A DNA stretch of 64,000 nucleotides. It comes from Paramecium tetraurelia (Eukaryota). The stretch is taken from assembly GCA_000165425.1 (NCBI GenBank), contig CT868618.1:1-64000 (forward strand), read 5' to 3'. Positions within the stretch are counted from its first letter, which is position 1; every line of letters starts with the position of its first letter. The notes beneath the pieces are model-generated. The model did no database searches and was not told where the DNA came from. It worked only from the letters and a program-made list of their open reading frames with translations. Positions 54,193-64,000 of the stretch are shown piece by piece. The position numbers were made by a program, and so were the translations under genes.

Positions 54193-55293
54193 ATGAAATT
54201 GATTGCAACATTATTAGTTGTGTTAGTTTGCGTCAGTGCTGCTCCAAGAAATCCATTTGACTATTCAAAGAAGAGATCTTTGACAGCAGTCATGGCTGAA
54301 GTTGAAGCAAAATTGAGCAACAAGTCACCACTTGATGCCATCTTGAATGTCTTGAGAGATTTCAGAGATGCAGTCAACACTGAATAAGTCAATCACGATG
54401 AAATCTATAACACATAATAAGCTGAATGTGCTTCTGAAAATGAATTCAGATCCAGATAAGTCTAAGATGCTCAAACAGTCTTGAGAGATTCCACTGCTGC
54501 CTTGAACGTCTGCAACACATCCAAGATCAGAACAACCAACGTCTAAGAAGTCAACTAATAATAATACTTCTCAGCTTAAGAACACTTGACCTCAGTTTTG
54601 AGTGCTGCTGAATCAGAAGCCGGATATTTCAAGAGAAGAGGAAGAGATTATGAAGACGCTCTCCACGCCATCGATGAAGCCTAAGATATCTTAGCCACCA
54701 TCTACAGTGGATCAGGATCATTCGCTGAAATCAGCAGAGTTTCAAAGAGCATGCTCTAAACTGCCTTCAACATCAAGGAAACAGCCAAATTCGCCCCAAT
54801 CTTCTATGCCTTTGCTTAATTGGCTGCCTAAGAAGGATAACTCGACGAATCAGCTCTTGAAAGAGTTGCCTAACTTTTGGACACCTTGAGATCCAACATC
54901 CAAGAAGCTTACAACGATTATGCATCCTCAAATGCTGCCTCAGTTGCTGCCTTCAACGACTAAAAGGAAAGAATTGGATAAACCATCGCCAGACTTGAAG
55001 CCTAAAACGAAAGACTTTAAAACAAGTTAACCAACTTAGTTCAATGCATTGGAACTCAATCAGCCATTGCTTAAACCGCCTCAGGCAAACTCTAAAGAAA
55101 CTAATAACTTTGGGACTAAGCCTAAACCTTATGCTCAACCTTTTCCAACGAATACAACTATGCCACCTAAGCCAGAAGAAACGAACTCTAATTGGTTGCT
55201 CAATTGGAAGAGATGGTTGCTGAAAGATTCGACTAAGTTGAAGATTAAAATCACGAAAGAAACCAAAGACTCGCTTCATCAGTTGGATTTTGA
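54193..55293 (+). CDS. TMP: Trichocyst matrix protein precursor (TMP/GRL family), paralog 2, intact, 366 aa
   Basis: Intronless 1101-nt ORF, MKLIATLLVVLVCVSA...SPLDAILNVL...HAIDEA...GSFAE...RRNELQLVAQLE. Strong C-ending codon bias. Confidence 0.88.
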
Positions 55294-55712
55294 TTTTATC
55301 AAACATAAATATTTTAAACAAAGTATTTCTTATTGCTTTTTCTAATCACAACTAAAATTACAATCATAATCACATTTCATTTTTTATATTTCTATTATTC
55401 CAATTAGCTTCTCATATATATTAATAGGCCTAAATCTAAAAAAGATATTATAATACTTTGTATTATATTGGTTACAAGAAAGTTAATCATTAAGACCATT
55501 TTTAGGAGATTATTATTAAATATTTCCAAAATTATTGATAATTGTATGTTTATCTAAACTAAGACTAAATTAATCAAAAAGAACAACGTAATTATATCAA
55601 GTGAGTGTTTTTTGTCAGTATGAATCAATAATATTCCAAAATATTAAAAAGAATTAATACCACATTAATACAAATGTAATGCAATACAATACTATAATTT
55701 AATAATTATTAT

Positions 55713-56429
<717 letters not shown>

Positions 56430-56453
56430 TAAATATTATTTTATATATTTGAT

Positions 56454-57861
<1,408 letters not shown>

Positions 57862-57977
57862 ATTAAATTTAAATTAATATTATACTGATGTATAATCAAG
57901 AAAAAAGTAAAATTTGCATAACAAAATTACTCAAAAGCATTTCTTCTGCCATCTACATCTTTATAGCCTTATTACTT

Positions 57978-59703
57978 TCAAAATTTAGACATAATTTAAA
58001 GATTACTATTGTTATTATTTAATTAACTTTGACTTTTTCTATTTGAATAAATATCAGATTGATTATATAACCATTTTACAGGATTATTACTCATGTTATA
58101 CACTAATAATGTGAAAGAGGGTATTCAATTAATTTATAATATTAATATAGTATAAATCATTGATTACAATCCTATTACAACTACAAATAATATATAGTCC
58201 ATCAATCAAACTATAATAGCAAGATTTTATGTAACTACATTCATCATTTTTTTATTTGATTACAACCAACTCTCCTTTCTTAATATTAATTGCATTTATT
58301 ATTCTGTATAGACTCCATCAATTAAATCATCTGAATTTAATTATTAGTTTTATACAATAATCAACTAGGATTATTTCCTTCCTAGATGATACTGTGAATA
58401 TTTAATAATTTAATTCTTTATTTCAATTATTGGATATTCAGAAAATTGTAGTACAAAGAAATATTAAAAGAGGGAAATCATGCATTTAATCAAAAATTCT
58501 ACACTTGGTTTATTACAATTTAAAGAGTCTAAACTTGTTGTTAATTTTATAAAACTGGGGATTAAATTATTAATTATTATGCATTCAGAGAACACTATTT
58601 GTTTCTCTTATTCATTCATTTCAGGATAATGGTAGGTTATGTAATTTGCTCTTTAACTGACAAATTTACTGAAGTGCTTTCGATATTCAAAGTATTAATC
58701 CTAATGCATTTAAAGACTCAACTCATTTAATAGATTTTTACTTGTTGCCATCACTAAAAGATTGGACATTGCAAATGTAAAGCTGTTCTGAATATAAATA
58801 ATTGCCTAATCTATTTCAACGGGTTTCATTGTATCTGGACAGTCCTTAATTTGAATAATTAAATATTTACAATAAAATTCAATTGTTATTTTTGTAAATT
58901 TATCTACTGAATAACTGAAATCATTTTCGTAAATACCATTTACGTCCATTATTTAATTTTTATTTTTGTAATACTCTCATTATAATGTAGAATCATCTAA
59001 TTCTTTTTGAATGCAGCAATCTTCAAATCCCAAGTTTATTTCTTCTAACTAGTTCTTAAACAATAAAATTTACTTTTATAACATTTTCAATCTAAAAACA
59101 GCCCTAATAACCTGAAAACAACTTCGTATTGGTTTGAATTTCGCTATGTCCATTTTTTGATTTGTTTGAATGTCATTTTTTGAAATTGGTTTATTTAAAA
59201 TACTAATACTATTTAATGATCTAGGTGTATTATCATTACTATCGCTTTCATAATGATCATTCAAATTTTCATAGGAATCTTAATGATTTTGAAATGTTTT
59301 TGTATTCCTTTAGAGAATATATGGACTTTCAGACTTGTTTACAAATTAATCATTATTATTGAGAATTTCAATACTCTACCCACTTGGAATGAAGAATTAC
59401 TGAATTTAGTGATTTGTAACTTTACGAACAGATTATGTTTCAGTGGAAACAAGGCTTGCTTTCGCAATCTATTAGTTCAGATCTTAAGAAACTGAGTAGC
59501 CAACTTTTTAAAATATGGTCTAATGATATGTTCTCACATCTTAAGAATTTAATTTAAAGAATACTTCCATAGAAGTTTGAATTTGCTGGAAATTAAGAAT
59601 CTAATTTGATACTAGCTTTTCCAGCAATTTTAAACCTGGCTTGATCTTGATCGAGATGAGAAATTAGTCTATCAGTCTTTGTTATTTCATTATCGCTCTT
59701 CAT
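57978..59703 (-). CDS. Hypothetical protein, paralog of the adjacent 59881-61314 gene (ends approximate)
   Basis: RSCFQVIRAVFR, KIKQWTQMVFTK, LNFI|DCP. Short introns, including a 19-nt one. Confidence 0.6.
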
Positions 59704-59880
59704 AGGGAGTGTTGAATAAAATGAACCCAAATTTTTGTTAATAAATTCTAAGAATAACCACTTAAATGTTAATTGAAGCTTATGATGTCATGTAAATATA
59801 TAGCTTCTTCACATGAAATTGATTTATTATTAAAATTTTTATATAATAAAATATAACTGATACGTACATTATAAAAAATT

Positions 59881-61314
59881 TCATTTAGAATCAATTTATC
59901 CTATTCATAATTCATGTTATTCAAGATTTTAAATAACTTTCTTAAAGATTGACTTCATTTACAACTTCCATCTTTAAGATTCCAAAATTGGTTTTAAAGA
60001 TTCATAATTGTATATTCCGATAATCAAATCTTAACTATCCTTACTTGAAGGAACATCAATCAATTAGACATTTTAGTTGATGATTAATTGTTTTTATATT
60101 AACTGTTTTTTTGTTCTGATCTTAACGATTTCTAATTTTGAGAATATATTCAAGTAGAGATAGTGTAGAAATGAAATTAGTAATTTTAATAAGTAGCTTA
60201 TGGTATTGTTTTCAGTATTCAGTATTTTATCCTGATTGATTAGTACTTAGATATTTTGAACTATTATCCTCATTATTAAAAATTCAACAAATATCATAGC
60301 TCTCTGCATTGAAGGTAATTCATCTCTTTTATTTTATAAATACATAGTCCTCAAACTAGTAAATAAATAAAAACAGTTCCTTTAATCTTAAAATTATGAT
60401 ATGTACATTTCCCCTACCAATTCCTTTAATAAATTTGGCTTATTTGTCATTACCAAAAAACCTTCTAACATCAATTAAATAAAATAGCGTAATTTAAGTA
60501 CACAAATATCGTGCTCTTTTGGGCTTAACTATTGGTAAGGGCCATCCTAATTGATAAATTATATTATTACTATAATATTCAAATTTTAATATTATTCTAA
60601 TCTCTCCTTTTTAATCTAATTAAATACTTTCGAAAACACCATCTAAGTCCATTGTTTAAATTTGATTGCTTTGATCTAATCGTTATAAATTACTTCCTTA
60701 AAGCAATTACTATAAAAAAAAGAATTCAATCTTTTTTTCTGAATTAGAGATCTTGAAATATGAGGATGAAATACTTCACTAATTTTGCCCATCTAACTAA
60801 AGCTTTGATTGCTAAAAAACAAGATTTTAATCTTTGCCTCAGTTTCAGCTTAGGTACTTTATCAACAAATTTTATAGTGAATTTGACTAGTTGTTTTAAT
60901 TGTTAATTCTCTCTCTCTTGAACACTTGGTAATGGTGGTAAATAATGCTCCCATTCACCCTTTTTATCATATCTCCCTGCAAAACCTTTTCTCATATCAA
61001 TCTAAGGCTAAAATTTCTATTATTCCTTAATGACGTAATTTGATTTTTCTGGCTTATCAGAAGCCTCCCCAACTAATGAATTTTCAATTGACTTAGTCCT
61101 ATCAGTTGTGCGACTTGATCCTTAATTTTAAATTTCTTATTTTTATTTTTACTATACCATAAAGGCTGCTGCTTTTTCTCTGATTTTAATTTCTTATTGC
61201 TTCTTAAATGCTTTCAACATTTTGACTTGTATTTGATACTTATTTAAAATCTGAGATTGTTTATTCTAATTCTGTTCGTTTCTTAATTAATGGGAGCTTC
61301 AACTAAAATGTCAT
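59881..61314 (-). CDS. Hypothetical protein, paralog of 57978-59703
   Basis: MTFQLKLPLIKK start, KSCFLAIKALVR, KFKQWTQMVFSK, LNII|DGP. Confidence 0.65.
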
Positions 61315-61554
61315 AATATAAGTTATTATAAAATAGTTTATCTTAAAATTATTTGTAATTATAAAAAACAATATAGTATAATTTACTGAGATTGATAAAT
61401 TATTCGCTTAACCCTTTTAGATAAAATCGAAAATACTAGCAATCTATTGAGATGAATATATGAATAAAATATCTTATTTATAATTATATATGAGTTTTAT
61501 AAATGGAATGATTTCAAACAAAATACAATCTCTTTCTATCCATTTTTGTTTTTC

Positions 61555-64000
61555 TCATCCTTATGCTTAATATTAGGATTATAATAAATTAAATTGGAAT
61601 TAATTAATTTATTCTAGTTATTATTTCTGTTTATGCAATTCAGCTAAATAATTCTTCCTTAAATGAAGATTTTTGCGTTAGTCATTGAGTAAGTACCATG
61701 ATCTGACTTCATCTATTTTTGTAATAACTATTTTAATCTTTTTAACAAGATTATCAATTTTAATCTCAAACGGTGCTATTTTCTTAATTTTTTAGCAATA
61801 TTTTGATATTTTTAAAATAGATTTCATATCTTCTATGTATTATTGTATGAAAATGTCATTCTTTTGTAAGTAAGGATTACCATTAACCCAGTTTGATAGC
61901 TCCTTAAGAATGATTTCACAGTTATTATACGTTATTAAGTTAATCATTTGCTTTGTATTTTAATCTAACAAAATGCTTTATATTTTTTCGAATTTTTCTT
62001 TCTTTATTTCTAAATTATCACTACTTTCCAATATATACTCATCTAAATCCTCTAGAAAGAAATTTAGAATACTCTCTAACTTTTATTTAACCTTAGGTAT
62101 GCAATGTTCATAAAGCGACTATACTTTAGGATCAAGGACACCCTGAAATTTTGGTGTAAAGGCTTGATTTGATTGAAGTTACGAAGATGACATTTTGATA
62201 ATTTAATTTGTTAAACTTTGAATAATTTGTTCAATATCTTGTGTCTTTGGTTTTTCAAATTCTACACATCTGTTTTCAAATAATTTTTTATAAAAACTAT
62301 AATTTTCATCCAAATACCCTTTATACACTTACTACCAATTGTCAAGATAGTATTATCTTTATCCTTTCTTTGCTTTTGTTAGAATTATATTTGTCCATTT
62401 GTCAAAATGAGTTACTAGGTCATTTTTTTCTCTTAAAATTTAAGTTATTGGATCAAAAGTATTCTTAACTTGTTCAATTGATTATTGAGAAATATCAATG
62501 ACAAAAAATACAATTATATTTTTTGTATTTTTGAAATAATTATATAAGCTAATTCTGTGAGCTATTCTCATTAATTCATTAATATTATCATCAAACCCTG
62601 GGCAATCGAAAACGAAATATTTTTTAGGTATTTTACATTTTTGAATTTATTCTTAGTCTAATATTTCTTCAATACTAAAAACATTTTTTTCATTTTAATC
62701 AAAGATTTAATTAAGTTCTTCCCTTTTGCCAATGTATACTCCATTGATATGTTATGTTTCACTAACTCCACCTTTACCAATCGCAAATTTTGTCTCCGTA
62801 TTAATTCCATAGCATTTTTATGATACAAAATGATCTTAAATAATGTTATCTGGATTAAGAAGTGAATTAATAATGGTCGACTTTCCTACTTTTGTTATAC
62901 CGATAAAATAGATTCCATTTTCAATTTCATTTTTTGGTCCATCTTAAATTCTTGAAGTAATATTGTATAACGTATTTTCTAAGGTATCATTACAATTCGC
63001 ACACCATTATTTGAGATTTAATATTAATTTCTACACTTCACATATTTTCTCATTTTTGAATATGTTATTATGATATTTTTAGAAAAATTAAATTATGCCC
63101 TTAAGTTTATTAATTGCTTCATCACATAATAATGGTTAAACTATTAATTCTTAAATTTTAACTTCCTCCTTAAAATTTTTCATTTAATGACTTTATGAAT
63201 TTTTTTATCTGATTTTTTATCTGTTATTTATATTCTAAGCATTTTGCTCTTAATTCACTTTATTAATAAATTCATAAACCTCAAAAATTTGTGAAGCATT
63301 ATCAGTTAGAAGATTCTTTTCATTCATGAAACCTTTTTGTAAATCATTTAAATATTTTCCAATTTCCTAGACAACTTCGAAATTATTTTTGATGATTGGC
63401 ATTTATTATAAGCGAAGGAGAACCATTTAAAATTGTTTAAGATCTTCATTTATCTATTCCTTTAAAGGGTTTAATTCTTTTGATAAATATGACATCATTT
63501 TTCCATAATTAATGGCATCTTCTGATTACACTGTCTTTACATATGTATAATTATCAGATTTAAATATTGCCTCAAGGACTTCATTTTTACTATAAATTTA
63601 ATTTTTCAATTATTAATTCTAGGAAAAATAAGAAAAAATTCCACTTGATTTTGAGAATTAGTATTAATCCCACTTATCTTCTTATAAATATCTTAACAAG
63701 AAAAAGTTATTTTCATTGAAAAAATAAGTTCCAAAGAAAAAAATTGAATCAATACAAACATTATCTAACCATCCTCTAACATCATCTCCTCTTAATTGTT
63801 GGATATCTAATATTAAATAGAATTGACAGGTTTCCATTTTTTTTAATGCCATTTCAGCATAAATTTTGGAAATGCATAAATTTTATGCTATTTCATTATT
63901 TTGATCATCATATAATAAGATCTAAGGCAAATATAATAAATAACTAGTTTTTCCTTTATTTTCTATTTTGATTAGCTTAAAGTAGTTTCTATCTAAAATG
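61555..64000 (-). CDS. Large P-loop GTPase-like protein with coiled-coil tail; 5' end beyond window
   Basis: Open frame to the window edge. GIYFIGITKVGKSTIIN (G1), IGKGGVSET (G2), VFDCPGFDD (G3), IVFFVID; ends QAQG-TGA at 61555. Confidence 0.75.

Overview
AT-rich, gene-dense eukaryotic DNA with ciliate hallmarks, most likely a Paramecium (aurelia-group) macronuclear scaffold. TAA/TAG read as Gln and only TGA acts as stop, introns are tiny (~19-32 nt, GT...AG), and intergenic gaps are often 10-50 nt. The supplied ORF track treats TAA/TAG as stops, so it mostly shows fragments or antisense shadows; I re-translated by hand with code 6. The first ~15 kb is gene-poor: a Cys-rich repeat gene, an assembly gap with duplicated flanks, a GPI-type mini-antigen, a WD40 gene and decayed ORFs. 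From ~15 kb on there are about 30 tightly packed genes. These include a 7TM-PIP kinase fusion, an Arf-like GTPase, a PLP dehydratase, PAQR, SF-assemblin, two trichocyst matrix protein paralogs, a TBC Rab-GAP, Kelch, a hybrid histidine kinase, UBXN11, a PFK-fold protein with altered catalytic motifs, WDR78, a TTL-like protein, CEP41, a TM-dCache-TM-HAMP protein, an E2-UBA enzyme, RPT5, a tandem pair of unknown paralogs and a large P-loop protein running off the end. Best leads: an orphan dCache sensor with the full amino-acid-binding motif but no output domain, a probable membrane-anchored pseudo-PFK, the GPCR-PIPK fusion, and a covarying Cys pair plus shared upstream motif in the TMP paralogs. 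All calls come from manual translation and motif recognition; no database searches were run, and some gene ends are approximate.
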